A DNA stretch of 64,000 nt from Candidatus Levyibacteriota bacterium (GCA_016186625.1 JACPLG010000003.1:98576-162575); one strand, 5' to 3'. Positions 1-9,793 are shown, counted from the first letter of the stretch. Program-made: numbers and translations. Notes: generated from the sequence alone by a model not told the origin.

Positions 1-122
1 TCTATGAAGCATACAGAAATAAAAAGGATGCGAAAAGAAGAGAGTTATATTTAAAATCCAATCGCGGGAGAACTACTCTTATGACCATGCTAAAGGAGTA
101 CTTTAGCATGAGTCAGGTATAG
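1..122 (+). CDS. GIY-YIG nuclease family protein, C-terminal part (truncated by window start)
   Basis: Frame from 3 reads YEAYRNKKDAKRRELYLKSNRGR...*, the typical YE..(D/E)A..RE..LK end of small GIY-YIG proteins. Confidence 0.7.
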   Translation, partial: YEAYRNKKDAKRRELYLKSNRGRTTLMTMLKEYFSMSQV

Positions 123-181
123 AATTGTATCTGACAATGTTGAAAGAATATTTTGTCAAAAACAATAAGTAAACTGAGCAA

Positions 182-262
182 AGCTACATGGGAACAATTG
201 AGAGGGGCGAGCGCAACCCAACCCTTATGAAGGTTTACAACATCGCAAAAGCCCTCAATAGC
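182..262 (+). pseudogene. XRE-family helix-turn-helix fragment
   Basis: SYMGTIERGERNPTLMKVYNIAKAL matches the C-terminal half of an HTH_3 domain; N-terminal half missing and frame runs into palindromic repeats. Confidence 0.55.
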
Positions 263-275
263 TTATCAACCGTAG

Positions 276-356
276 CCCCGCCTGCCGAAGCTATGCTTTG
301 CATTGCGGGCAGGGAAAATCGTCAGTTCGACAAGCTCACTGCTATAGCCCACGGGG
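276..356. repeat. Cluster of small REP-like palindromic elements
   Basis: CCCGCCTGCC...GCGGGCAGGG (276-314) and CAGTTCGACAAGCTCACTG (323-341); relatives at 27961-28002 and 40273-40317. Confidence 0.6.
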
Positions 357-440
357 GAGCAAAAGTTCTTGACAACCTTCCTTAGTAGTGATAATATGCC
401 CCATAGTTCTTTTCTGCCCGATTCCTGCCCCTAAATTATC

Positions 441-674
441 ATGTTAGTTTGGCTTTTGGCTTTTTTAATTTTTGCTTTTGGTATTGCTGCCCCGACTTTT
501 GCCGCCTCCTATAATTCTGCCGGTGGTTTGGTTATTAATAAAGCAGCAATCAAAGCGGTTGACAATTCCCCGGTTTTAACTTCTTGTGAAGAAGACAAGC
601 GCTGTGACGAGCCCGAAGGTCCGGGTAAGTCCCAAGATGCCGGCCCGCCCGGCGGCGGCCCCGGCCCACATTGA
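441..674 (+). CDS. Small putative secreted protein
   Basis: 77-aa ORF with hydrophobic signal-like N-terminus; TTGACA (369) and GATAAT (390) upstream. Confidence 0.4.
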   Translation: MLVWLLAFLIFAFGIAAPTFAASYNSAGGLVINKAAIKAVDNSPVLTSCEEDKRCDEPEGPGKSQDAGPPGGGPGPH

Positions 675-792
675 AGTATTGACCCAGGATGGCTTGACAA
701 ACCTGATTTTATGGAGGATAATCCACGCAAACACTTTGGGAAAGCCCACCTTCGCATGAAGCTATGGTGGGTAAAGGAGGTGAAGAAAGAAA

Positions 793-1335
793 ATGATTAA
801 TAAAAAAATTTGGGCAGCAATAGGTGGCGCAGCACTTTTGGCAGCTGTTGCATTACCGGCACTGGCAGCAACCGACCAGGGCGTTACTGCGACGGTCACT
901 CCTCAGAATATTTCTATTATCGTTTCGCCTACGTCTGTTGACTATGGCACAGTCGCAGTCCCTTCAGTGGACCTCGTTCCTACGGGTGATACGATTATCG
1001 GTGCCACCAATGATGGAAACATTACAGAAACCTTTAACATTAAAGGTGCCAATGCTACTGGTACAACTAAAACATGGACTATCGTCGATGGAGCGCCAGG
1101 TGGAGCGGAGACATTTAATTACAACCACAAATACGCTGATTGTGGTGTTGGTGACTCAACTTGTACAACCCAAGATGCAGTTAACAACATGACCACCGGT
1201 TACGAAACCCTTGAAGCTGGTGTAGCAGCAGGATCTAGTGATTACTTTAGGTTGAGACTTAGCACACCGACTGAGACTGGCGGTGATACTAGCGAACACT
1301 CAACCACGGTTACTGTTCAGGCAGTGGCAACCTAA
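793..1335 (+). CDS. Secreted beta-rich putative filament/pilin-like subunit
   Basis: Signal peptide ending ALA; strong SD AGGAGGTG at 776; Thr/Gly/Val-rich; homologous to the C-terminal domain of the next gene. Confidence 0.75.
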   Translation: MINKKIWAAIGGAALLAAVALPALAATDQGVTATVTPQNISIIVSPTSVDYGTVAVPSVDLVPTGDTIIGATNDGNITETFNIKGANATGTTKTWTIVDGAPGGAETFNYNHKYADCGVGDSTCTTQDAVNNMTTGYETLEAGVAAGSSDYFRLRLSTPTETGGDTSEHSTTVTVQAVAT

Positions 1336-1446
1336 AGCGGTTGCGGGACGTACCATTCGGTACATCCTTAAAAGTTGCGGATTTGGGGAGGAAAAATCTA
1401 GGACGTCAGGCGTTCTTGTGATATAATTGCCGCGCTCAGGAGATTT

Positions 1447-3624
1447 ATGCGACCGCTTTTTGCTGTTCAGTTAACAATTTTCTTTCTTTTTATCGCCTTT
1501 TTTGTTCTTGCCCTGAGCATGTCGAATGGGTTTGCCCAGGAAAAGAGAGAGCCCCAAGTAACTGTCACTTCTGAATTTTTTCAAGCTCCTCAAAAATTTG
1601 ATAAAGTTGACCGCAATGCCAACAAGATTCTAGAAGACTTAGAAGAGTTGATCGGTCCCGCAACGCCCCAAGATCGTTTTGATGTTATTGTTATGGCAGA
1701 AAAATCAATTGATGAAATTTTGGGGAACCTAAAATCTCGCCATGGAGAATTTTCCGAAACTTTTACCTACCCTTCCATTAACGGTTTTGCCGCCAATTTA
1801 ACCAAAGGCCAAATTATCGCATTTTCCCAAGATCTCGATATTAAACAAGTTGAATTTGACGCGCCCGTCTACCCGCATCTTGATACTTCTCAACAATGGT
1901 TCGGCACTACCAAAGCCCGCAGTGATTTTGGCGTTGACGGAGATAAAGCCAACAATGGTGCAAAAACCTATTCCAAAGACGATATTGTGGTTGCCGTTTT
2001 GGACACCGGCATTGATCCCAACCATGTAGATTTGGGGCCGGGCAAGATAATCGGCTGGAAAGACATCAATAACAATCAGGCCGGGCCGTATGATGAAACA
2101 GGCGCCTGCGGCGGTCACGGAACCCATGTTTCCTCAATGGCCACGGGTGAAGGTGACGGAAACGCCAATCTTAAGGGAGTAGCTCCGGCTGCTGCTCTGG
2201 TTGGCATAAAAGTTTTAAGCGAGCGGTTTGTCCAGGGTGCGATTCGCTGTACTGCTAGCCTTTCCGAGGTTGTAGCCGGAGTCCAGTGGATGATTGATAA
2301 TAAAGCCACTTATGGAATTGAGGTTGGCAATATGAGCTTGGGGGCAGCCGGTTGTTCCGACGGCACGGATTCGCTTTCAACAATTGTCAACACTGCGGTG
2401 GACAACGGCATTGTGATGACTGTTTCTGCCGGCAATGAAGGACCCAAACCTTGTTCTATTGGTTCACCGGCGGCGGCCGAAAAAGCTATCACCGTTGGCG
2501 CCATGGCCGATGTTACTCCGGGAGCTTCCTTTGCCAATGCCTGCGGCGACAATGACCTGCCCAATGCCGGCTTTTATCTGGCTTGTTTTTCATCAAGAGG
2601 GTTAACCGCAGATGGCAGAATCAAACCCGACATCGCCTCACCCGGTGTTTTTATTCGGGCAGCCAAAGCCGGAACAACCAGCGATTATATTGTTTATTCC
2701 GGCACCAGCATGTCCTCCCCGTTTACGGCCGGAGTTGCCGCTTTGATGCTTGATGCCAACTCCGCACAAACCCCGGCTCAAATAAAACAGAAAATCGGCG
2801 ACACTGCCCTGGATTGGGGACCGGCCGGCAAGGATGTCGATTACGGCTCCGGCCGTCTTCAGGGGTATGAAGCCGTTAAATCAGCCGGTTCATTTTCCGG
2901 CACCGGCCCCAGCGTTCCTGCCCACTTTTTTAACCAAGGGACTATAACCGCTTCCGACCCCCAGGACATTTGGAGCATCAATGTTACCGACGCTTCGCTT
3001 CCTTTAGCCATTACCATGATCATGCCGGATTGGTCAGGTGCCAGAAATCCGGATTTTGATATGCAGCTGCGCGATCCGGACGGTAACTTAATTGCCACCT
3101 CGCTTAGTGCCACAAGACAGGAAACAATCGGAGTCCAGCCGGCAAAAACAGGTACCTATCAGTTAAGAGTTTATAGATACGCTGGATCAGGGTCTTATTT
3201 TTTCGATGTCTCCTTTGGCGAGGCGGCGGTGGCCATCTCTCTGACAACCGACGGAACGACTCCCTTTGGCATTTTGCCCCTTGGTGCAACCCGCGATACC
3301 ACGCCAACCGGCACCAATGATGTGCAGACAGTCCAAGTTGATACAGGCCCGGCTAATCTTTCTGTCCGCTCAACTGCTTTTTCAGATGGAGCCGATATTT
3401 GGACGCTTGGGGCTACAAATGGATCAAATCAGGTAAAATGGGAGTTTTCCAAAGACGCAGCTGCCTGGAACACTTTTTCTTCTGCCGACACTCTATTCAC
3501 TCTTGATAACAATGTTGCACAAGGCGCTACTCGTGACCTATACTTAAGATTAACCATGCCAACATCAACAGCATCTAATAATGAACACGCGGGAACTGTT
3601 ACAATAGTTGCAAGTTCACCCTAA
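1447..3624 (+). CDS. Secreted S8 subtilase: I9 propeptide, catalytic domain, PPC domain, C-terminal pilin-like domain
   Basis: Triad motifs VLDTGID, HGTHVS, SGTSMSSP; oxyanion SAGNEG; YPSINGFAA propeptide; DFDMQLRDPDG PPC-like segment. Confidence 0.92.
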   Translation: MRPLFAVQLTIFFLFIAFFVLALSMSNGFAQEKREPQVTVTSEFFQAPQKFDKVDRNANKILEDLEELIGPATPQDRFDVIVMAEKSIDEILGNLKSRHGEFSETFTYPSINGFAANLTKGQIIAFSQDLDIKQVEFDAPVYPHLDTSQQWFGTTKARSDFGVDGDKANNGAKTYSKDDIVVAVLDTGIDPNHVDLGPGKIIGWKDINNNQAGPYDETGACGGHGTHVSSMATGEGDGNANLKGVAPAAALVGIKVLSERFVQGAIRCTASLSEVVAGVQWMIDNKATYGIEVGNMSLGAAGCSDGTDSLSTIVNTAVDNGIVMTVSAGNEGPKPCSIGSPAAAEKAITVGAMADVTPGASFANACGDNDLPNAGFYLACFSSRGLTADGRIKPDIASPGVFIRAAKAGTTSDYIVYSGTSMSSPFTAGVAALMLDANSAQTPAQIKQKIGDTALDWGPAGKDVDYGSGRLQGYEAVKSAGSFSGTGPSVPAHFFNQGTITASDPQDIWSINVTDASLPLAITMIMPDWSGARNPDFDMQLRDPDGNLIATSLSATRQETIGVQPAKTGTYQLRVYRYAGSGSYFFDVSFGEAAVAISLTTDGTTPFGILPLGATRDTTPTGTNDVQTVQVDTGPANLSVRSTAFSDGADIWTLGATNGSNQVKWEFSKDAAAWNTFSSADTLFTLDNNVAQGATRDLYLRLTMPTSTASNNEHAGTVTIVASSP

Positions 3625-3687
3625 ACCCATCGTGGTTTGGGGCTGCGCCGTAACCGTTAATAGCGCGGATTTTGCGGTTGCAGGGAG

Positions 3688-4335
3688 GTGATAATGATGA
3701 GCAAAAAACTTTTGTCTATATTACTAATAATTTCAGCGGTTTTTGCGTTTACTTTTGCGAATTCCGCGGTTGCCAAGATTGGTGTGGGAGTCGGTTTGGG
3801 AAAAGTTCAAATTGATGAGAAGCTTTCTCCCGGCGGAATTTATAAATTGCCTACTCTTCCTGTTCTAAACACAGGCGATGAGGATGGAGATTACGAAGTT
3901 GAAGTTACTTATCTTTCCGACCAGCCGGAATTTCAGCCACCGGGTGAGTGGTTTACCTTCACTCCCCAAAGTTTTTCCCTTGATGCCGGCGGTTCACAAT
4001 TGGTTGAGGTATCATTAACTCTTCCGGTTGATGCCAGACCCGGCAATTATTTTGCTTTTTTGGAAGCCCATCCCAAGGCCAAGGGTGAAGGGGTGACTAT
4101 TGGCATTGCCGCTGCCACCAAGCTTAATTTTACAGTTAAGCCTGCCGGTGTATTGGGCGCTGCTATTGAGAGGCTGAGAAGCCTTCTTGAAAACAACGCT
4201 CCTTTCTCTTATATTATTATTGCCGTTGTTGGTGGTGTTTTAGTTCTAAGTTTATTGGTAGTAGTCGGCAGGAAATATTTAGCGGTGCAAATTCGCTTCA
4301 AAGGTAAGTCCGCTAAAAATAAGGAGGGAGGCTAA
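3688..4335 (+). CDS. Secreted Ig-fold (PapD/DUF916-like) protein with C-terminal membrane anchor
   Basis: Signal peptide; V.NTGD...WFTFTPQSFSL..GGSQLVEVSLTLP...PGNY pattern; C-terminal TM helix and basic tail. Confidence 0.65.
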   Translation: MIMMSKKLLSILLIISAVFAFTFANSAVAKIGVGVGLGKVQIDEKLSPGGIYKLPTLPVLNTGDEDGDYEVEVTYLSDQPEFQPPGEWFTFTPQSFSLDAGGSQLVEVSLTLPVDARPGNYFAFLEAHPKAKGEGVTIGIAAATKLNFTVKPAGVLGAAIERLRSLLENNAPFSYIIIAVVGGVLVLSLLVVVGRKYLAVQIRFKGKSAKNKEGG

Positions 4336-4337
4336 AG

Positions 4338-4799
4338 TTGAGAACATTGGGAATCATCGCTAGTGGTTTTTTACTGCTAGCGACCGCTTTGGGGCCGGTT
4401 CATGCCCAGGGCGGTACTGTTTCCGCTACTGTCAGGCCTAACCCGCTGACTGTTTCTGTTTCCGCTCCCGACCCTGTCACTGTTGGCCAGTGGTTTTATA
4501 TCAAAGCCGAAGTAACCAATTTAGGTAATCAGGCCATCACCAACACCGTGGTCACCATCAATACACCAGCTGGGATAATCGTCCGGGGACAGAAAAAAAT
4601 TAAGATTGGCGATCTTACCGGCAGCCAGACTCAAACAGTTACTTGGCTCGCCAAAGCCAATAGCTCCGGTACTTTTATCATTCAGGTTGAAGCAACGGGT
4701 GATTTGGCCGGTGAACAAATCTCTTCATCCGATTCTCTCAGCATCTCCGCCGTCAGTTCTCTTGCCGCTTTCCTGTTCCGGCTAATCTTTAATGTCTAA
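4338..4799 (+). CDS. Secreted CARDB/Ig-like protein
   Basis: Signal peptide (VHA); VTNLGN...IGDL..SQTQTVTW CARDB-like pattern; hydrophobic C-terminus. Confidence 0.65.
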   Translation: MRTLGIIASGFLLLATALGPVHAQGGTVSATVRPNPLTVSVSAPDPVTVGQWFYIKAEVTNLGNQAITNTVVTINTPAGIIVRGQKKIKIGDLTGSQTQTVTWLAKANSSGTFIIQVEATGDLAGEQISSSDSLSISAVSSLAAFLFRLIFNV

Positions 4800-5160
4800 A
4801 GTGTTCATGAAGAAGGTTTTCATCACCGTCCTTGTAGCTATCGTGATTGCTTTTGGCGCCAGTCTCATCTTATTAAACCGTCAACCGCCAAAAGACGAAT
4901 CCTACGCCCATGCTCCCGATTATTCTTGGGTTACCGGACAACTTCAATATCAGGACATTGAGGGTGGTTTCTGGATAATACGTTTTGGCAGCAGGGATGC
5001 TCCCTACAATGGCCAATTCGTTTTAGGAAAAGACTCGCGTTTGCAAAATTTTAAAAATGGCGATTTGGTAAAAATTACAGGCAAAATATCGCAGGACCAA
5101 ATTAGCATTTATCAAGCCGGTACCATTTACACCCTTCAGTCTATCGAATTTCTCAAATAA
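4792..5160 (+). CDS. Membrane-anchored hypothetical protein (OB-fold-like)
   Basis: N-terminal TM; EGGFW and G..VKITG motifs; overlaps previous stop. Confidence 0.6.
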   Translation: MSKVFMKKVFITVLVAIVIAFGASLILLNRQPPKDESYAHAPDYSWVTGQLQYQDIEGGFWIIRFGSRDAPYNGQFVLGKDSRLQNFKNGDLVKITGKISQDQISIYQAGTIYTLQSIEFLK

Positions 5161-5214
5161 ATCCCCTTATCCCACACCAGTATGTGCAGACACATAGGGA
5201 TTCGGTGGCGATAA

Positions 5215-5511
5215 TTAACATTTTACCTTCCCACATTCCATGTGGGAATACATTTTTCGAAGCTCTTTTTTTGCTTTTTCTAAAATTTTCTTTCTTTCGG
5301 GCGCTAAATTTTTACCGGCGCGGTTAATATAAAAATTAAGCATACTCATGGCGGATTGAAAAGGAGAGGCTTTCCGTCTGGTACTGACATCTGCTGAACG
5401 CTTAAGGCTCAAAGCAATTTTTTTGGGATCATCCCAGGTAAAAACCCCCTCCTCTAAATCCAGTGCGATACTATGTTTGGTAACCTCTCCTGACCATTTC
5501 TTTTTACTCAT
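5215..5511 (-). CDS. DUF3175-like protein
   Basis: WS..VT..S.ALDLEEGVFT...P..IA.SLKRSA...SAMSMLNFYINRAGKNL. Confidence 0.75.
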   Translation of the reverse strand: MSKKKWSGEVTKHSIALDLEEGVFTWDDPKKIALSLKRSADVSTRRKASPFQSAMSMLNFYINRAGKNLAPERKKILEKAKKELRKMYSHMECGKVKC

Positions 5512-5543
5512 ATAAGATTTACAGTTTTATCTTTGGTAAATTT

Positions 5544-6194
5544 CTATTCTGTTATTATGCGGATTCTTGATGAGACAAGATTTGCCAAGACATTAAGCTG
5601 CGATTTCATTTGCACTTGATATAGTCTTGGGCCTCTATCATAAATTAGTGCCGGGGAGATAAACTGATATGTGTCCTTAGTTCCGTCTCTGGTTACTTCC
5701 GAATTCCAAACGGCGTAATTATCGGTTTTATTAAAAAGTCGGACAGATACCTTTCCATTTGCAGTAGGAACATTAATGAATGCTTCAAAATGTACCTCTT
5801 TAATATTTTCGTAGGCGGCTATATCTGCTGTAGTAAGCGCTCCTCCTACATCTGCCCAATCAAGTGATTGATTAGTTCCGGAGCCAATATTAATATAGTA
5901 TTCCTTGGAGTCTGTTTTTTTGTTTACCTCTGTGGTAACTGGTTTGGGTGTTGGAGTGGGAGATGGTGTGGCAGTTGGTTCTTGAGAGATTGAGGGAGTT
6001 GCATTAATTATTGTAGCCGGCTCGTGGCTTTTTTTTGATTGAAGAATGAGATAGAAGATTCCGGCAAGTGAGATTAAAATAATTATCGAGATTATGGCAA
6101 ATGCTACTGCTACCCTTTTCTCGTCCCTGTGAAGTTCCTCTTCTTCTTCGTGAAGTTCCTCAAGAATTGAAGAATTGCCTATTTCTTTTGTCAC
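5544..6194 (-). CDS. Membrane-anchored hypothetical protein with Pro/Thr linker
   Basis: TM helix, PTATPSPTPTP linker, beta-rich C-terminal domain. Confidence 0.7.
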   Translation of the reverse strand: MTKEIGNSSILEELHEEEEELHRDEKRVAVAFAIISIIILISLAGIFYLILQSKKSHEPATIINATPSISQEPTATPSPTPTPKPVTTEVNKKTDSKEYYINIGSGTNQSLDWADVGGALTTADIAAYENIKEVHFEAFINVPTANGKVSVRLFNKTDNYAVWNSEVTRDGTKDTYQFISPALIYDRGPRLYQVQMKSQLNVLANLVSSRIRIITE

Positions 6195-6250
6195 TTTTTA
6201 AGCTTATAAAAGAATTTTTAAAAAGTAAAGAATCCCCTCCGAAAACGGAG

Positions 6251-6357
6251 TGCTATAATTGCCCCAATGAATGATAGAATCTTGCTTCCCACATTCCAAG
6301 TGGGAAGGTACATTCAGACACCAAAAACCCTAAGCACAACTCTGCTACAATTGCCCC
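6251..6357 (+). repeat. 92-bp gene-less cassette, copy 1
   Basis: Near-identical to 12760-12864; contains TTCCCAC-N7-GTGGGAA hairpin. Confidence 0.92.
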
Positions 6358-6435
6358 AATTTTCTTGTTGACAATATTTTTCTTTGGGAGTATGTTGCAA
6401 ATACAACCTATACAAGAAAGGGGGTGAAGAAATAA

Positions 6436-7197
6436 ATGGGTATTTCACAAACAAAGTGGACTTTGGGAATTGTTGCCATAGTAATAATTGCCGTTGCAGC
6501 AATTTTTGTCTACCAATCCAAAGTAAGTAACATTCCCTCAACTCAACCAACTTCGCAAGAGTCAACGACAATCGGTAAAATAACTGATATTACGTTTGTA
6601 AATCATATACAGGCAAAGCTACCTGAGCAGGACGTTTTCATTCAAAGTAAGGATGACTCTTCAAAGGTAATACGTGTTGAAGGCGAAACGGCAAGCGATC
6701 CATCAGTATTAGCTCAAACTGTCTATGCGACAGCTGTTGAAACACCGCATGACCCTTTTAAAGTGGGCGACAATCCCTTGGGGCCTTTTCAAAAAGGTGT
6801 TAATCTAGGATTCAACTTAGAAGACTGGCTGGCAGCAACGGGTAAAGGTACGTACAGTGTTGATGGCGATGATGCAGAGCTTTCTCTCTCATTTACAAAC
6901 CTTGTGCCAAATAGCACTTATACTGTTTGGTGTTCACGAATCACTTTCCCACCTACTCCAAATGTGGTGGACAGGCCATGTGGTGCAGCGGATGGCTCAG
7001 AGAATGTATTTACAACAGATGAGAATGGGAATGGTTTATTTTCAGTAAAAATGGAACCATTAGAACCAAGCACCAAAGAAACAGTATCGGCTATTGCACT
7101 TGCTTATCATAGTGATGGAAAAACATACGCGGAAAGTCCTGGCAATTTTGGACTTAACAGCCACGTACAGATTTTCTATCTTTTGCCGGCACAATAA
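6436..7197 (+). CDS. Membrane-anchored hypothetical protein (cassette cargo)
   Basis: 253 aa; N-terminal TM; SD GGGGGTGA; lies between repeats 6343 and 7343. Confidence 0.75.
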   Translation: MGISQTKWTLGIVAIVIIAVAAIFVYQSKVSNIPSTQPTSQESTTIGKITDITFVNHIQAKLPEQDVFIQSKDDSSKVIRVEGETASDPSVLAQTVYATAVETPHDPFKVGDNPLGPFQKGVNLGFNLEDWLAATGKGTYSVDGDDAELSLSFTNLVPNSTYTVWCSRITFPPTPNVVDRPCGAADGSENVFTTDENGNGLFSVKMEPLEPSTKETVSAIALAYHSDGKTYAESPGNFGLNSHVQIFYLLPAQ

Positions 7198-7383
7198 TAG
7201 TTAGATAGATATCTGTCTCATACCTGTATGTTTATCTAGCCATATATTTTTTTGTGATAAAGTTGGTTACTTCCCTTGCCCTTCAGGGTGAAACCTTCAG
7301 GATGAATCCCTCGAAGTTCAGCATTGCATGAACGAAGTGGGGTGCTATAATTGCCCCAAAATTTTGCTATCCAAATTACATAG

Positions 7384-7758
7384 CTAATTTTTATTTAGTT
7401 TTTGTCTTTTAATACGAATGCCTGAGAGGGAAATTATAATCAAATTCCCTGAATAATCATTTTTCCTAAGTTTACTTAAGGCAGATTTTACAGCTTTATT
7501 AATGTAACCAGTAGAAAGTTCGTTTGGGAATCGTAGAATTACAATTCCACTATGAGACCCAAGCGGAAAGTTTAATATGTTTGAAAATCCTAAGTCAGCG
7601 GAAAATAAAACAGCTTTATTACCTTTGGCAAACTTAAATATTTCTATATCTGCCTTGCCTCTTAGGCCATGGTCTCTAACATCAAATACATTAAATCCTA
7701 GATTCGAGAGTACATTTGCTAAAGATTTGTGAAGATCCTCATCTATTAAGGCATTCAT
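7384..7758 (-). CDS. DUF5615/PIN-like toxin (VapC45-like)
   Basis: LIDEDL...D.EIF..A....VLFSADLGF...H.GIVILR; downstream of a DUF433 gene with ATGA overlap. Confidence 0.85.
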   Translation of the reverse strand: MNALIDEDLHKSLANVLSNLGFNVFDVRDHGLRGKADIEIFKFAKGNKAVLFSADLGFSNILNFPLGSHSGIVILRFPNELSTGYINKAVKSALSKLRKNDYSGNLIIISLSGIRIKRQKLNKN

Positions 7759-7982
7759 CTGAGGGCGACTTCTTCTTCCTCAACAAGTTTTGTGGCGTAC
7801 TTTAAAGCCGCTAAGACTTGCTGGCGAGTAAGTTCGTACTCTTTCATAACCTCATCTACGCTCATCCCTCCGGCAATTTTACCCACAACCACGTCAACCG
7901 GTACGCGCGTTTTTTCAATAATTGGTTTTCCAAAACGTACTTTTGGATCAACAATAATATGTGGAAAAATTTGCTTTTTCAT
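7755..7982 (-). CDS. DUF433 antitoxin
   Basis: I.VDPKVRFGKPIIEKTRVPV...Y.LT..QV.AAL.Y; start reassigned to ATG 7982, preceded by TGCTATACT. Confidence 0.88.
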   Translation of the reverse strand: MKKQIFPHIIVDPKVRFGKPIIEKTRVPVDVVVGKIAGGMSVDEVMKEYELTRQQVLAALKYATKLVEEEEVALR

Positions 7983-8004
7983 ACGACCACTAGTATAGCA
8001 TAAC

Positions 8005-8157
8005 TTAATCATGGTTTTTTCTTTGCATTTTTGCACTAGTTAAAATAACGACAGGTTTTCCTGATCGAGTGATTAAAACCTTTTTGTTTCCATAAAATAC
8101 CTCGTTTATTATTTCAGAAAAATTTTGTCGAGCCTGTTTTGCTGTTACCGTTTTCAC
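8005..8157 (-). CDS. Phd/YefM-family antitoxin (50 aa, not in ORF track)
   Basis: GTG start; VKTVTAKQARQNFSEIINEVFYGNKKVLITRSGKPVVIL matches the Phd N-terminal fold. Confidence 0.72.
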   Translation of the reverse strand: MKTVTAKQARQNFSEIINEVFYGNKKVLITRSGKPVVILTSAKMQRKNHD

Positions 8158-8222
8158 ATCCTGATTTTATTTAACGCGATTACAAAAAAAGTTATAGAGT
8201 TATCTCTGCTATAATTGCCCCA

Positions 8223-8897
8223 ATGGATTTGGACAATAAAAGTGTGGTAATAGTTGGCGCCTCAAGCGGTTTGGGCAAAGCTTTGGCTAAACTTTTGTCC
8301 AAAGAGGGCACAAACTTATTTCTTATCTCAAGAAAAGTCGCCTTATCAAATATTCCCTCCGCTATAAAAATTGCTGCTGATGTAAGAAAAGCCGAAAATA
8401 TAAAAATAGCATTTGAGGAAATTGACAAACACACAGGTAGCATAGATCTTCTAATCAATTGTGCAGGCATAGGTCTTTTAAAAGATTTAAGGGAATCGAC
8501 AATAGAGGAAATAAATGATGTTATTGATACGGATTTAAAAGGGGCAATTTACGTAGCTCAGGAAGTTTATAAAAGAATGGCGGAGAAAGGATCGGGACAT
8601 ATCATAAATATTGTCTCTACTTCGGGACTCCGAGCCAGACCCATGGAGACAGTTTATTGCGCTGCAAAATGGGGACTTCGGGGATTTACAGAAAGTCTCC
8701 AAGTCGCTGGAGAAGAAACAGGAGTTAAGGTAACCGGAGTCTATCCGGGCGGAATGAAATCTGAAAATTTCTGGAAAATAACTCCAGGAAAAGATATAAG
8801 CGGCTTTATGGACCAAAATGAAGTCGCCCAAAAGATTATAGATTTAATCAAGGGGGATTACCAAAAAGAAGTAACAATAGAGCGTCCCAAAAAATAA
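8223..8897 (+). CDS. Short-chain dehydrogenase/reductase
   Basis: GASSGLG, INCAG, YCAAK motifs; ATG 7 nt after the repeat's TATAAT. Confidence 0.9.
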   Translation: MDLDNKSVVIVGASSGLGKALAKLLSKEGTNLFLISRKVALSNIPSAIKIAADVRKAENIKIAFEEIDKHTGSIDLLINCAGIGLLKDLRESTIEEINDVIDTDLKGAIYVAQEVYKRMAEKGSGHIINIVSTSGLRARPMETVYCAAKWGLRGFTESLQVAGEETGVKVTGVYPGGMKSENFWKITPGKDISGFMDQNEVAQKIIDLIKGDYQKEVTIERPKK

Positions 8898-9050
8898 CTT
8901 CTCTGCTATAATTGCCCCATTTATCCTTAGCCTCAAAAGGTCTCACCTTGCAAGGCTAAAACTCCATCGTCTAGTCTACGGTCTTATCTTCCATGGATTA
9001 ATTCAATGATTTAAATCATTGAAGTTTTCAGCTTCTGCTATAATTGCCCC

Positions 9051-9773
9051 ATGGACTCAGGAGATTTTCAGAGACGTTTTGAACAAGCACACAAACTCCT
9101 CACCCAGGAGACAACCAACCGAGAGAAATTTGAGGGAGTACGAACTTTGATAAAAGGTTATAATCCCAAAGTTGACAGCGCTTTAGAAAAAGTCTCCGGT
9201 GCTTTGTCTGATCTTGAAAAGCTTAAGGAAGGAGAAATAATTGAACTTAGCGCTCAACATTTACCCGAAAATTCGGAAGAAGAGAAGGAAAGAAAAAAGA
9301 AACTTTTAGCTTTTATTCGTTATTGGAAAGATTTAACTTCAGAAGTTGAAAGAGTTAGAAATGAGCTTTCTTCGCAAAACAACCAAAGCCCGTCCCAACA
9401 AGTCTCTGCTTTTGGAAAAATTGTCAAACTTGCAAAAGGACCATTTGGGGCAGTTACAATTGCTGCAGTTGCTATCGTTGCCGTACTGGGATTTATTAAT
9501 TTTCAAAAACCACCGGAAACGGTTCAGAATCAAGCGATCGATGAAAGTCCAAAACAAAAGATCCAAGTTATTGTAGTAGATGACAAAAAAATTCCTTTAA
9601 GCGAAGTTAGATCTGCAACTGGGAGTGAATGTGAAGGAAAAGCCCATTACCATGCAAGGGAGAATGGTGTTGCTGTGGCAATTGATGGAACGCAAGTCGT
9701 TGATCCAAATCCAACAAGCTGCGGCTATGGAAAAGTGGAAGAAGTTAAGATTGAAGAAATAGAACAACCCTAA
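9051..9773 (+). CDS. Hypothetical membrane protein with C-terminal Cys/His motif
   Basis: Helical N-terminus, TM, C...HYHA...CGYG; ATG directly follows the repeat. Confidence 0.75.
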   Translation: MDSGDFQRRFEQAHKLLTQETTNREKFEGVRTLIKGYNPKVDSALEKVSGALSDLEKLKEGEIIELSAQHLPENSEEEKERKKKLLAFIRYWKDLTSEVERVRNELSSQNNQSPSQQVSAFGKIVKLAKGPFGAVTIAAVAIVAVLGFINFQKPPETVQNQAIDESPKQKIQVIVVDDKKIPLSEVRSATGSECEGKAHYHARENGVAVAIDGTQVVDPNPTSCGYGKVEEVKIEEIEQP

Positions 9774-9793
9774 ACTTCTGCTATAATTTATGT

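Noticed and set aside
509-3307. Overlapping alternative-frame ORFs in the GC-richer operon, and similar shadow ORFs throughout
   Set aside because: They lie within or antisense to well-supported genes and carry no motifs.
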